A stretch of 64,000 nucleotides of DNA from the human T2T-CHM13v2.0 reference genome, Homo sapiens: NCBI RefSeq assembly GCF_009914755.1, contig NC_060933.1; one strand, written 5' to 3'. The position numbers were made by a program, and so were the translations under genes. Position 1 is the stretch's first letter. Each line of letters starts with the position of its first letter. Below are positions 1-15,180 of this stretch, in pieces. Below the pieces are notes generated by a model. It did not search any database, was not told the DNA's origin, and saw nothing but the letters and a program-made list of their open reading frames with translations.

Positions 1-639
1 GTCTGGGGACTGGCTGGCAGGAGCACCGGGGAAGATTAGAGACTCCCAGGGGAGGCTGTTCTGGGCTGGGCACTGCTCAGCCCATCCAGTGCCTGGGGAG
101 AGGGGATGGGATAGGAGCTGGACCACACAGCCTTCCCCTTTGACACTCCGATGCCAGCCACAAAGTACAGTTATATTACCCCATTTGTGAGTCATTCAGG
201 TCCCTTCTTTTGCTAAAAGTGCTGGCCATTTGGGAATTGGGTCTGGTTGGCTGCAAAAGTTGCTGAGGTGGTTGCTCTGCTGGATCTGGGCGAAGAGGAG
301 AGATGAAAGAAAGCTGCAGCCTGTAACTTGCTGGCCTTTTCACTTCTCCCTGGTGCAGTCAGTCCCCTATGCCATGGGCAGCAGGCCTATGCAGGGGGCA
401 GTTGGGGGGCAGGCCTGCTGAAGCAGGAGGTAGGGAAGAGGCAGTTGGCAGCCTCTTCTGAGGGCCAGAGGTGGACAGCAGCTCCCCAGCTATTCCCGAA
501 AGGAGTGAGGATCTGAGAATTACATCATCTTAGCTGTGAACGTTCTCTTGTTTTACACTAGCTAGTGGCAAGAATAACTTGGATGAGGGAAGACAGTAGG
601 AAAAGCACGGACTTCTGAGCCACCCTCTACCACCAACTG

Positions 640-810
640 GCAGTGGGAACTTGGGCAAGTCACTTTGCTGCTCTGTACTTTGATGTCCCCATCAGTAACC
701 TGGGACAATAGTCCTTCCCTCAAAGGGTTGTTGTGAGAATGAAATGAGAGGGTGCATATACGGGCTATAGCACAGTGCCTGGTATGCAGTAGGCACTCAC
801 TCAACCATAG
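640..810 (+). mobile_element. MIR (one of more than 25 MIR remnants; others near 3400, 7290, 8370, 9490, 11770, 19070, 22260, 22550, 25380, 26770, 35630, 36510, 40870, 43040, 47450, 47850, 49370, 52730, 58940, 60510, 61700, 62810)
   Basis: MIR core phrases ttgggcaagtcactt, gggttgttgtgagaat..aaatgaga and agcacagtgcctgg. Confidence 0.75.
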
Positions 811-1841
811 CTGTGGGGAATGCATTGCCCCCTGCCCAGCCCCAGGTGGTTTGTTGCAGCACTGGCTGGTTGCCACTGTCAGGTTCTTCTACTGAGCAGA
901 GACCTGTCCCCATGCCTATAGGCTGCCCTGCCCCACTGATCCTGGGTTGGTCACAGTCAGAATCCAGGCCGCTTCCTCTTCATTGGGGTGGCCTCTGGGA
1001 CGTCGAATGGCTGAACCTATGCCCCAGTTTTTTTTCCTTTGGGCTTGTGCCTCCTTTTCTGGGGGAAAGAGCTCTTTGTGCCTCGCTCTCAGAGTTTGCT
1101 GACTCTGGAGTGTGTTAGCAGCAGCCTTCTCAATACCTTGGAGAATCTCTCCATCTTCAGGTTTGGGAGGCCAGAGGGTGACTGAAGGCAGGCTGTTTCT
1201 GAGGCAGGTTGTGGTCCCTGTAGGGCTTTGGGCTTGGCTGGCTGACCCTGGAACGGCCCAAGGGTTTGAGGCCTGGCTTCAGGGCCACACTAGAATGTAT
1301 GGGAATCCTGAGCAGAGCAGTTTGGACACCTCTTCAAATCCAAACTCTTCAAACGCGTGTTCCATGGAGAAGCTGTGTGCTGGACAGGAGAAGGATGAAG
1401 GAGGGGGCCCAAGTGCTGGGACAGCCTCAGAATTACCTCCCGGGCCTAAGAACTGGGCCTGGAGCCACACTGGCATACCCCACTTGGGCCACCCTCCTAA
1501 GAAGGCCATGATGTAGCTGTCTTTTGTCAGGCTGGCCCTAGAGGTCTCACTGCTCAAAATTCCCCATCCCTATCACCACCATGCACATGCAAAGAGTCTT
1601 AGCAACTTACTCCTTCTAGACACTTATGGAATGCTCCCTGAGAGGAATTCCAGTAAATAGATTCTCTCCAGCCCTAGGTAGTTCTAGCAATGCTTTAGCA
1701 ACCTCACTGACAGGGCCCGCCTGGCTTTCCAGCTGGTCCACAGCATTGTCCACTTGCGCTCAGTTCCGTCAGTTCCTGGCAGCCTCGGGGTGACCAGGAA
1801 CCTCTTTACCAAGGGCTGGCCACTAAGGTCTCCATCTCTAG

Positions 1842-2414
<573 letters not shown>

Positions 2415-3917
2415 TGAAGATGAAATATATGCTTGTTGGGAAGGTAGAGGGAGTCAGGGGAAGATGGACTTAAAGAACAGTTGGGAGGTCACTCCCTTGC
2501 TGTGGGACCTTCAGCAGCCGCTGGCTGCTGTGGTGTCAGTAGTCCCATCTGGGCACTGGGCCCGTGGCTCTTTCTATCTCTCCAAGCTTTGTGATTTTCG
2601 TGAAAGCTGAGGGCCGGGGGCCATCTAGTATCCATTTTTTGTAGAAATAAATGAACTACTTTCTCTCTTGTCTCAACTTCCTACTCCTGTTCATCACCCG
2701 CTCCTTCCTTTTCAGAGCTCTGCCCCTCTGTTGCTTCATTATCTGTAGCTGGGGGGCGCCTACCTTTCTTCTTCTGCCTGGGAATCCTTGTACTAAACTC
2801 CCTGCATGGGGACTGCTGCGAGGCTTCTAATCTAGAATAACTCAGAGCTGGGCCCACCTGTGGCCATTCAGGTTCTAAGCTAGAAGGGAGAGACAATTAT
2901 ATATTCTTTTGATTATTCAAGCAAATATACATAATAAATGCCTTCTCAGTGCCAGATACTGGTTTAGATCCTTTGGGATCACAGAGATGAATGAGACCTG
3001 GTCCCTGTCGCTATGGAATTCTCCTAATAGGAGAGAGATGAGGAGGGCACTGGAGTGGTGATCTAAGCATGAAAGCCATGCTTGCGGGTCCTAAGAAGGA
3101 TCCAGTGGGGTCCTGGCTATCCAAGCATCATCCGTGCCGTGAGCCTCCTGCTCAGTACCCTTCATGTGCCTGGTGCTGGGCTGGGCTCCAGGAAGCCTTC
3201 TGAGAAGCATGGAAACCAAGCCTTTAGGATGAGAAGGGCAGACACAGTGCAGTGGGGCCTGGCCCCATTCTCAGGGCAGGTCCTGTGCTCCACGGGGAGG
3301 GACGCACAGAGCAATCCATCACCCCCTTTCCTCGGGAGATCACAGTCTGGTGGCAGAGACAGACATGACAGATAGTTCAAAGTAACACAGTAAGCAATGT
3401 GACCTCAGGTGAGCCAGTTAGCCTCTCTGAGACTCAGTTTTTGCATCAGTAAAGTGGATGGATTAAGAGGCTTCTTGTGAGGATTGAACTCAGGATGTGC
3501 TTTGCAAAGTGGCATGCAAGAGGAGCTCTGAACTAGCCGCTATCGTTCTCACTGTCATGGTTTTAAAGTGCTGTCCATATGGGAAGATTCATCGGGGGCC
3601 TTGTTCATTGAAGCTGCTGCTGGTGCTCGGAGCACATATGACAACTGCTCCATGTCACTTCCTGGTAGACATCTGCCATATTCCAGGGGCCCAGGCAGGG
3701 AAACTGAGGCCTCCTTGTCTGCTCTGGCTCTAAGACTTCTCCCAGATGTGACGGTGAGGTGCGTGCCACCTTGTCATCTCCACTGGGGCCACTAGAGACA
3801 GCCCTGGAGATGCCAGGGTGTGTGAGTGCCTTAGAAAGGAACAGAGGCAGGTCCTGCAGTCAGGCAGCCCGGCCTGAGTAGACAGCGAGCTAATTCCAGT
3901 TCTGTCTGGTTCCACAG

Positions 3918-4025
3918 AAACTCCACCCTTTCGGCTCTCTCCAGCAGGAGATGGGGCCGGTCAACTCAACCAATGCCACCCAGGATAGAAGCTTTACCTC
4001 ACCAGGACAGACTCTGATTGGCTGA
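3918..4025 (+). CDS. RGS3: Alternative terminal coding exon of an RGS-box-less RGS3 isoform (C2PA/PDZ-type); encodes KLHPFGSLQQEMGPVNSTNATQDRSFTSPGQTLIG*
   Basis: Branch-like CTAAT at ~3890, pyrimidine tract and CAG at 3915-3917. Phase-0 open frame of 35 codons to TGA 4023-4025, the same phase as the 46051 acceptor. Peptide recalled as the C-terminus of a short RGS3 isoform. The upstream exons lie outside the window. Confidence 0.8.
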   Translation, partial: KLHPFGSLQQEMGPVNSTNATQDRSFTSPGQTLIG

Positions 4026-4429
4026 GCAAACCCAAGGGCGGGACTCTGCTTCTGGCAACTTAACCCTTTCTTGGGCATCCCCTACCACACAGTAACCTCA
4101 CCTCAACTGGACCTGAAACAGAGGACCAAGATGGTGGGTCTAGGGTCATCTGAAGGGAGTGGTCCCAAGGGTGCATGTGGATGTCAACAGAAGGACCACA
4201 ATGGTGTGAGAGGCCTTGTGGGCATGCAGAGACTGGCAGCAGAAAGTCCCAAGAGGAGAGGACTCAGAGGCTTCTTCCTTCCAAGGAGGAGGAGGAGGAG
4301 GACATTCCACATCTGGGCTTCCAGTGGTGGCTCCCGGACCTGCCTTGGGGGCAGCAGGAGAGGTTGGGAGAGGTCACCCTGATGAAGAACAATGCCATGA
4401 TCTGCTGCTGCCAGAGGACATCTCCGCCC

Positions 4430-5100
4430 ATCCACTCATTTTCCACCTGTACACATTGGCTCATTCATTCGATGGATATTTCGGGTGCATCTACTTTATG
4501 CCAGGCTCTATGCTAGGAGCTGGGGATACTGTGGAGAAAAAGTCGGATATGGTCTCGCTCTCATCAAGATTTCAGTCTAGCTGGGAGTGAGCGTTAAATA
4601 AGTCAATACCAACACACACACGTGCACACACGTGATGGCAAGCTGTGATCATCTATGAAAGAAAAAACACAGATTTCTTTAAGAGGGAATTGTACTTAGA
4701 GTGCTGTGTGTGGGGGTGGGGATGGGGAAGGACATAACTTTTAAACCGAGACTTGTGGGCTGGAGAGGAAGGAGCCAGTCCTGGACTTGGGGAAGAGTGT
4801 TCGCGGTGGATGGAATAGCACGTGGAGAGTCCCTGAGATGGGAAGGAGCTCAGTGGGCTGGAGGAATGGCGAGCAGGCCAGTGTGGCTGGAGCTTAGTGA
4901 GGTGCAAGACACAGTGGGTGAGGTAGTTGATGTCTTGTTGATTTCATTCTAGATACACTGGAGAGCCATTGAAGGCTTTTGAGGAAGGGAGTTGCAAGTA
5001 CATTTTTACAAGATCCGTTTACACATAGGAGGGGCCCAAGTGGGTGTGAGATCAGTTAGGGGGCTCGTTCAGTTCTCTAGGTGAGGACTGTCCTGGTGGC
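4430..5100 (-). mobile_element. L2 remnant (others near 2900, 20230-20800, 32260, 39240, 40020, 53300)
   Basis: cattcattc...ctactttatgccaggctctatgctaggagctggggatac and gagccattgaaggcttttgag. Confidence 0.65.
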
Positions 5101-8100
5101 TTGTCCTGGATGGTGGCTGGGGAAGTGGATGCCTGAATGCCAGGCTCTGGAGAAGAGATGACTCCCTGCCCCATCCCCCTGCCTACCCTCCTCCTCAATG
5201 GCCCCTCTCTCAGTGGATGTGAGTGAGGATTAGGACCTTCCCCACAGAGCCACCTTTTGGCCAGGCCTCGTGGGGGATAGTGGGGGCAGTGCTGAGTTCT
5301 AGGAGTGTTCCTGGAAGTTGGGGGCAGTGAGTGCTCAGCCTGGCCCAGGTGGGAGAGTTCACTGCTGCCCAGGCCTTAGCAGGGGCTGCTGTGCTGTCTT
5401 TCTGTCCCATGCTGAGCATTGTGATAGGAAGCTGCCACACAGTGCCCTGGAAACTGACTTCGCATGCTTTCCATGGGGCTTCCGAGGGCCAGGGACTGGG
5501 CTGGGGGTGGCCTAGCAGCTCTAGTGGAGACTGTGCTGCCGCAGGGCTGAAGGAAGACCAACCAAGGGGACAGCCGTTTGAGCCCAGCCCACTCACTGCC
5601 TGCTGCACCTCCAGCTGGAGCCCAGGGTTGGGCAGCTCTCATACTCTTATCTAACTGCCAGACCTAGAGGGAGGGAAGCCCAAGGCTGCAGGTCTGAGGG
5701 ACACGGCTCATGGGCAAAAGGGTATCAAGAGGATTAGAGTCACTTGCATAGGAAAAGAGGGTCAGAGAGGCTGAGGGCTGGCTGAGGCCAGAGAGGTTCC
5801 CTGACCTTGGACATTCTTTGTGTTGTGTAAGACCTCGGCATCTTTAGAGAAAGGTTCTTGTGCCCCTGTGAGCTTGCTCAGCTGCTATGGCCACTTGAAC
5901 CCCAAAAATGGTGGCCTAGAAGAGAATACACCCCTTACTTCCCACTTATCCTCCTCTCAACCTAGGAAAGATCAGACATATTGACTCAACAGTCTAACAG
6001 GGGATGGGCTGGATCTGCCCGTGACCAGACCAATGCCCCCCACCCAGCAAGGGAGTAAACGCTGCCTGAAGTGGGACCAGTGATACACAGCATCTCTGTC
6101 TGCCAGGGCTCAGCCCGCGGGGGGGATTTGTGAGAGGCTGAGCAGCTGGGTCTGCACAGACAGCAAGCTGCACTTTGATTTCATTTGATTCCCTTACAAA
6201 ATGACATTAAGGGGAATGTGAGGCACAGGAGACTCGCCTGTCTGGGAAGGCAGCAAGCTCATCTCTCCTGGACCTGGTGACCTACCTCTGTCTACCAGAC
6301 AGGTGCAGAGGACAGGAGCTCTGGCCACAAAGAAATGGACAGTCTGAATGCAGCACACAGCCCTGGGGACAGGACTTTTCACCCAGCCTGTCCTGACAAG
6401 CTGCTGAGTCGAGCAGATGCTCACATCAGGGTCCCAGGTCCGGCTGTTAGGGAAGTGGACATCAGTTCCTGGTGGGCCCTGGGCAGTGACTGTGGTGAGC
6501 CACAGCACCATTGCTGCTCTGCCTCTCAAATCGATCGAACAATTAATTTGGCTCCACAGGCTCGAGAAGATGAAACATGACCTGATGGCCACTGCTGTCC
6601 AGCATCCCAGTCCATCCTAGCTGTCCAGGATGATGAACAAGCTATGGAAATTGCACTTGAGAGCTATAATCACGGGAAGCATTGCCGAGCCCCTCCCTGC
6701 TACATAAATCATGCTAAGAAGCACACAATGGCCTCTTTCCTGATGGGCTAATTGTCTTGGTTTGGTGTCTCAGGCCCAGGAGCTGGGAAGATGGGAGCAC
6801 AACCATTTATTGTTGGAAAGACCATCTGTGCAACTTGAATACAAAGTGATTCTTTTAGTTCCCCACACACCCCCGACCCTCTGATCCCATTTTCATGTTT
6901 TTTTTTTTTTTTTCTTTTTATGTCTCAGGCTCTGGTTCTTTTAAAACTCTTCATCTATCCTGTAAGCCATCAGGCCTGGATCTCTGCTGGCCTGGGTCTT
7001 TTGGCTATTTGGGGGTTGGGACATTGCAGACCTTTTGGAAATAATGACATTTATTTATATATGTCTTATATTTTTATTCTTTATTTTTCCCCATAAATTC
7101 TATTACCAAAGTCCTCATTTGTCACACATGGCACCAAGGCACCAAGAGGGTTTTTGCAAAGTGAAAATGCAGGCAATTTTGCAACGTGGAAGGGCTCCCC
7201 ACAGCGAAAGTCCCACAGTGAGAGCCTAAACTTTGGAGATGGCAACTGGGGTCCCCAGGCATGATCTCCCCCCAGCCTCCCAGCAGCCTTGTTTTATGGA
7301 TGAAAGACACCAAGGCTCTGAGAAGTTAAGTGTTTTATCCTAGGTCACACAGCTGGTAAGGGCCAAGCTTGCCCTCAAGCCAAGGCCTTTGAACCTAATC
7401 TACCACTCATTTCTGATAAAAAGGTTTGTCTTTTAGGGATAGAAGTAAGAGAAATCAATAATCTCCAGGAAGAGGCAAGAGAGGGATATCCGGCATGTCA
7501 GAAGCTGTGGCCCATCAAGCTGTAGAGGGAATGCTTTTAGGATAAATAAAATGAGATGCCTTATTTTCCACCCAGTGGAGAATAAACTTCCAGAATGCAT
7601 TTTCCTGAGGGTGGCACAGGCTGAAAAGATCAATAGCTTCCCACAAGATTTGAAAAAAGCCTAAAATGAGAGATCAGTTTGAGCTCCTTAAGACAGGTTC
7701 TCAGGGAGCTCTGGAATGGTTAGGTTACACCCCTTCCCCTTTTGAATTTGGCATCAAAAGGATCAGCAGACAGAGTCATGGAGTGCTTGGCAGTGATGGA
7801 ATATTAGCCAAAGGCAGAGAGGTATAGCTTCAGGCTCAGGCTGGCTTGTGCCCAGCGTAAGTACTGGAAGGAGGCCTTTGACCTGAGACCAGCTGAGGGC
7901 ACAGAGAGGGCCTGCCCATGTGGAACCTGCCAGGTTTTGTGCGCAGATTTTGCTAATTGACTGATTTAGTATCTCAGCCCTGAATAAAGGGGAATCAAAT
8001 GGATCTGATTTCAGCCATCTCCCCTAAGAGATGCAGACTCTTCTCCCTAAAAACTGTTTCCAGGCAGCCACCAGCTCTCCTCCCCATTCCTTGCTGCTGT

Positions 8101-10144
8101 CCTATCAGTGGACAGACTGCCTTCTTCGCTGTCTTGCTCTTGGTCTCAGCCATCTTGCTATTGTTTTTTTTAGCCCCTGAAGAAGACAGTGCAACCTTAC
8201 CCTCTATCCTGTCTTCGCCTTCTCTTCCTCGAAGACTTTCTCTGAATAGGGCCATCCATCCTCCAAACTGTTCCCAGATCCTTGGTTTTAAAGGTAGAAT
8301 GATAACATAAGGTAACCTGGTGGGCACTTACAAGATGAGCCAGGCACAGGGTCAAGCTTTTTACCTACCCTGTCTCATCTAATCCTCATGCAGACTTACA
8401 AGGTGTGTTACCCCTGTTATACATTTACTCTCATTATGCCCAATTTAGATATGAAGACGCTGAGTCTCAGAGAAGTTAAGAAACGTGCCCAAGGTCACAC
8501 AGCTAGTGGGTAGCTAGGATTGAAACTTGGACAGCCCAGCTCCAGGGTACCTGCTTTTGATTATTTTGCTATATGGCTTTCCTGTAACTGCAGACCATCC
8601 AAGCTGGAAGGGCCAGGGAGACTGGACTGTCACACTCCTGCTTAAAGACCATTGTGGGAGGCCACTGTCTTCAGAGTAAAGCTTGGCTTTCCAGGCTCTC
8701 CTTGGTAGCACTACACTCCTGCTTTGCACCTGGAGCCCGGCCACACCATAAATTTTCCCCTTCTCTAAACTCACTGTGCACATTCACAGTTAGGGTGTTT
8801 GATCTGCCTGACGTTGACTGCCCTCCTTGGCTGTCCCTGCTGGATGCAATCCTCAACCTTCAAGGCTTAGTGGCTCCTCTGAGAACACCTTTCTCAGGCA
8901 TGCATCAGGAGTCCTGACTTCCCCCTTCGTGGTTCCCAGAGTACTTTTTCCCCCTTAGCACAATTCATCCTTAGCATCTGGATGACTGTGAGCTTCTTCG
9001 GAGCAAGTAGATGTTATATTTTATTTGTCTTTGATTCTATTGTTGTCCGGTCCGTAGTAGGTGCTCAGTAGAGGTTGTAGGATTGAATTAGGCTGTCCAG
9101 TTCAACTCTCCTATATTCTAGAATTTAGACAAGGAAACAGGTGCAAAAAGAGAAGTGACCTGGCCAGGGTCATGGGAAAAGTTAGTGTCAGAGCCAGGAC
9201 TAGAGCTCAGGTCTCCTGATTCTTTGGATTCAGAGCTTTTTCTGTTGCACCTCAGCTTTGTGGAGACCAGAGCATGGATCTGCACTTGGTTTATGAAGGT
9301 CTGACCAGGTTCACTTCAGGGTCATGGATACCACTGTGTTCCCATGCTGACACTGGGGAATTCCCAGAGGGAAAGGAAGCCCAGCTGGAGCTGCTGCTGT
9401 AGGTTGCGGGGCTCACCTCTCACCGAGCCCCTTGCTTACAGAGAAAACCAGCGAGTGATTCTGAAAATCTTGCCTCGAGTCCTCATTTTGCTGGTATTCA
9501 CCGTGTGACCTTGAGCAAATTGCTTCACATCTCTGATCTTCTGTTCCTTTACCAAGAAAAATGAGGGAGTTGAATTCAGATGGTCTCCAGGAGTCATCTG
9601 ATTCCAGAATATCAGGATATAACAATAAAGATGAGGATAAAGTAGCTACTCCCCTCAGAAAAGGTGGAGATCCAGATCTAGGGGGAGAATTGGCTAGGTT
9701 CTTCATCACAGTCACTGTCTTGAGACACATAGGTGGTCCATGGAAACATTTCCATGAGGGATTTCAGAGGGGAGAATGGGCAGACTGCAAAGCCTCGGTA
9801 CTCTAATACCAGGCAAAAAGAAGAAAGGGAACAGGCATTTTAGTTTTCACATTGAAACAGAGTGTATGTGTATGGCCCTATGCAAATGTTGTTCCTGGTG
9901 AATATTCATCAATGTACTCATCACACATAGGTATATTTAGACAGAAAGGGGTCCTCATCACAGACACCCAAATTATGAGCACATTACTGCCTCCTCTCCC
10001 CTAGAGGTGCTTCTTCCAGCCTCCCCCATTGAAGGCCAGCACAAGACGGGCTCTCCAACCCAATATCTTCCCCTTCCCTCCTTCCTTTCTGCTCAGGTGG
10101 CTGAGTATACACATTGAACTCTTTTGTTTCAACTTCACGTGTAT

Positions 10145-10224
10145 ATAGGTTGGTGCAAAAGTAACTGTGGTGTTTTCCATTAAAAGCAATGTCAAGAACC
10201 GCAATTACTTTGGCACCAACCTAA
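10145..10224. mobile_element. MADE1 (Hsmar1/mariner MITE)
   Basis: 80-bp palindrome taggttggtgcaaaagtaa...ttactttggcaccaaccta flanked by TA. Confidence 0.93.
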
Positions 10225-12496
10225 TATGTATGCAAGTACATTCTTTAACCTTTCCAACTCCCAGTCCAAGCCATCAGGCTAATTTCCGCGTGGAATTTGT
10301 GGTCACTGGTTTGCAGTCCTTTCATTTCTGGTGTGGTCAGAAGTCTCCTTCAGACTCTTCCCGATAAGTTGCCATTGGCTTTTTCATCACCTTTAGTACC
10401 TACCCACTTTTGCTGGGATAACACTACCCAAGATAAATTCAAAAAAATTGTCCTAAGTGTTAGTGTGTTTCTGTTTTGGTTGAAGTCTATTATTGCTATA
10501 TGGTTTTCTACTGTTTCTACTTGATGGAAGACTATTAAGGGTTAAGTAGGCTGGCCTAGGAAGCTGACCACCATTTATAACATACTTTTGAGTGGGAAAA
10601 TGCATTCAGAGGCCTGTAATCAATACTTAGGTGGACTTTGGGAATATAGTATTTATTTTATGAGTGACTAGAATATTGGTAGAACCATAGAAACTTTGAA
10701 TGTGGAGCTGGAAAGCCTCCTCCTTCCCCCACTGAGATCAATTGATTAACAAGCTAGGTTGTAGAAACCAAGTGAAAGAGGCAAAAACTTGGCCAAGGGC
10801 ATGTAGTCGGGGACTTCTGAAGATTCTGCTGGGCTGGGGGCAGGAAAGGGGTCACAGACGGTCTTAGGGTTGTCTCACTCAGCAACTCACTGTGTTGGCC
10901 TTGGGAAATGTAAGTCACTGTGTTGGGCTGTAATGGAAATATTGAGAAAGCAGCTCAGCTAGTGGCGTGGGGAGAGGTTGTCTAGTCCTCTGGCTTATCT
11001 GTAAATTCCTGGCATGTGCTTGTTGGAGCAGAATGAATGGGGCTGCTGTGTTTTACCTGCAGCTAGGAGCATGGCTGGAGTGGTGGAGACACTCCCTGTG
11101 GTCTGTTCTAAAAATAGCAGTGGGAACAGAGCTGAGGGGAAGAGGAGGGGGCTCCTTCGGGAGCTGGGTGGGGAGGCCTCACCCCCTTCCTCTTCCTGCC
11201 AGGCCCGATGTGAGGAAGTCCCATGGAGTCACATAATTCCATCTGGGAGAGTCCTGGAGCCATCAGCCCTCACACCCCCTCCTCATACAGGCGAGGAGGC
11301 CCTGGAGGCCCGGAGAGCAGAAAGCACTGGCTGGTGTCAAGCAAGCCCAGAGAGAAGGGCCCAGTTGGCAGGCTGTTTTTCCCTGGCTGTTTCAGCACAG
11401 TGGCTGCAGGCCTTGTGCTGAGGTTTGCTGTCACTGCCTTTGGGCGCACAGAGACTGGGAACTCCTGGGACCGGATGTGGTCAGGCTTCCTGAGAGTCGC
11501 CTGGCAGGCGAGGAGTCCCCAGCTGGCCCACCCTGAGCCCTGACCTCAGCCAGCCGGCTGTCCAGTGCCACACCTCCTCTTGCTGGTGTCCCCTCCCTTG
11601 CTGACTTGTCCTCCTTTCTTTGGACTGTCTGCAGGGAGGGAGGACAAGGGCCAGCCTAGATCTGGCCTGCAGGACAGAGGCCTCAGTGGCTCAGGACCTT
11701 TCCCTGCCCCTCCCCAGGAACAAGCAGAGGCAGCTGAGGTAGTAGCAGCCTCCTGCAGGTTTAGAGACAGACAGGCCAGGGTTCAAATCCTAGCTCTTCC
11801 TCTCACTAGCCATGGGATTACTGATGGGTCACAGAGCATCTGTAAAATGAGACAAGAACGCTGATTTCACTGGGGTCTTGTGAAGATCAAAGGGGATCTG
11901 TTGTAATGCCTGGCATGCAGTAGGTACTTAATAGTAGCTCTTGTTGCAAAACCAAGCAGTGAACATGTATCTGACTTTCTATAACCCCCTTCCTTGGGGC
12001 CTCCACTCATGAGGCATGGGAAGGTGTTTTTTTTCTTTGTTTGTTTGTTTGTTTGAATGCAGTTGACTTTTTTTTTGTTGTATTGTTGCAAAAGTAATCC
12101 ATGTGATTGATGTTTATTATGAAGAAAACATTTAATACAGATGAACCAGGAGAAGAAAATGAAGTTCATCCTTAATCCCAGCACCCAGAGATAAACCACT
12201 GTTAACATTTTGGAATGTGTCCTGTCAGGCATTCGTTTATACACACATATATCTTATTTGCAAATTGGGGTTACTGGTGCAATTTTTCTAACCTGCTTTT
12301 TCTCCCCCATTTAACAGCGTAGTGTATCCATGTTTCCATTTCAATAAATATTCTTCTACAACATCATTTTCAGTGCCTGTGGAGTATTTCATTGTGTAGA
12401 TGAAACGTGCTTTATTTAAGTAATCTTCAGTTGTTTATCATTCAGGTTGCTTGCAATTTTTCTTTGTTACAAAAATTTCAGATAAAAATCCTTGTA

Positions 12497-12605
12497 CAGG
12501 AGGCTGAGATGGGAGATGGCTTGAGCCTGAGTTTGAGGTTACAGTGAGCTATGATTGCACCACTGCACTCCAGCAGTGAGACCCTGTCTCTGAATGAAAA
12601 AAAAA
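12497..12605 (+). mobile_element. Alu fragment (J/FLAM-like 3' part)
   Basis: caggaggctgag...gtgagctatgattgcaccactgcactccagc plus A tail. Confidence 0.8.
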
Positions 12606-12680
12606 TCCTCTTAGGTGTATCTTGGCATGCCCAGCATCCAGTTCAACACCTAGTAAGCATTCGACTCTAAATAAATATTT

Positions 12681-12980
<300 letters not shown>

Positions 12981-14166
12981 AAATATTTGTTGAATGAATG
13001 AATGTTTTGTTAGAATAAATGCCTGTTAGTAGAGTTTCTGGGTCAAAGGTTATATATTTATAAAATGGATTATTGATCCTATTGCCAAATTACCCTGCAG
13101 AATGGTTGTACTGATTTCTAATCTCATCTGAATTGACTAGCTCATCCTACTTTGCCTGGGACTTTTCCCTTTTTAGCATTGAAAATCTTGCTTGCCAGGA
13201 AACTCCTCAATCAAATCAAGTAAACCGAGATAGTCTGGATAAGAAAATGTTTATTCCTCCTCATCATTACCAACATGGTATATTGTTACATTTTTAAATA
13301 GGTTCTTTTTTTCGTTATTAGAGATGTTGAATATTTATTTATATGCCTTCTGGTCACTTGTGTTGCCTCTTTTGGGAATAGCCTGTTCAAGTCTTTTGCT
13401 CATTTTTCTATTGGGATTTTTATAGTTTAATTATTAATTCACAAAGAGCTCTTTATATAATAAGGATATTTGTGTGTTAGCCTTTTATTTTTATTATTTC
13501 TTTAAACTACAGATGTTTCTGACTTATTAGTCATATCTATCATTTGTTTTAGAGTAGTTTTATTGAGATTTAATTCAAATATCATACAATTCACCCATTT
13601 AAAGTACACAATTCAGTAATTTTTAGTGTATTCACACACTTGTGTAACCATCACCACAATCAATTTTAGAATATTTTCATTATCTCAAAAAGAAATCATA
13701 CTACTTAGCTATCATCCATTATTTCCCCCATCTCCTCCAACCCTAAGCGACCACTAGTTCATACTTTTCATCTCTGTAGATTTGCCTATATTGGACATTT
13801 CATATAAAGGGAATTATATAATATTTGGACTTTTGTGACTGGCTTCTTTCATTTAGTCTAATGTTTTCAGGATCATCCATGTTGTAGCATGTATCAGCAA
13901 CTAATTCCTTTTCATGGCTGAATAATATTCTGTTGTATGGAATATCACATTTTGTTTAACCGTTCATCAGTTAATGGACATTTGGGTTGTTTACACCTTT
14001 TGGCTATTCTGTGTAATGCTGCTATACATATATGTGTGCAAGTTTTTTGTATGGACATATATTTTTCTCTTAGGTGTACACCTAGGAGTGGAATAGCTGG
14101 GCCAAATGGTAACTCATGTTTAACTTTTTGAGAAACTACCAGACTGTTGTCCAAAGTGGATGTACT

Positions 14167-14497
<331 letters not shown>

Positions 14498-14872
14498 CTA
14501 CTTTCCTACCATCAGTATATGAGGGTTCCAATTTCTTTAAATCCTCACTAACTCTATTTTTTCATTTTAAAAAATTATAGCCATTCTAGTGGGAGTGAAG
14601 TAGTATCTCATTATGGTTTTTATTGCATTTTCTTAATGACTATAAATCTTGAAAAATATTATTGCCTTTGGCGTATGATATTCACTCTAGGATTATATAA
14701 TATTCACTTTTTTCCCTTTTAATTTTATGGTTTATTTTTTAACTCTTAATATTTTAATCAATTGGGAATTTACTTTTGCATATAGTATGAGGCAGATTAC
14801 TTTTCATTTTTCCCAAATAGTTATTTGCTCCAATTCTTATGCATTATATTAGGACAAGTACCCTCTTATTAG

Positions 14873-15180
<308 letters not shown>

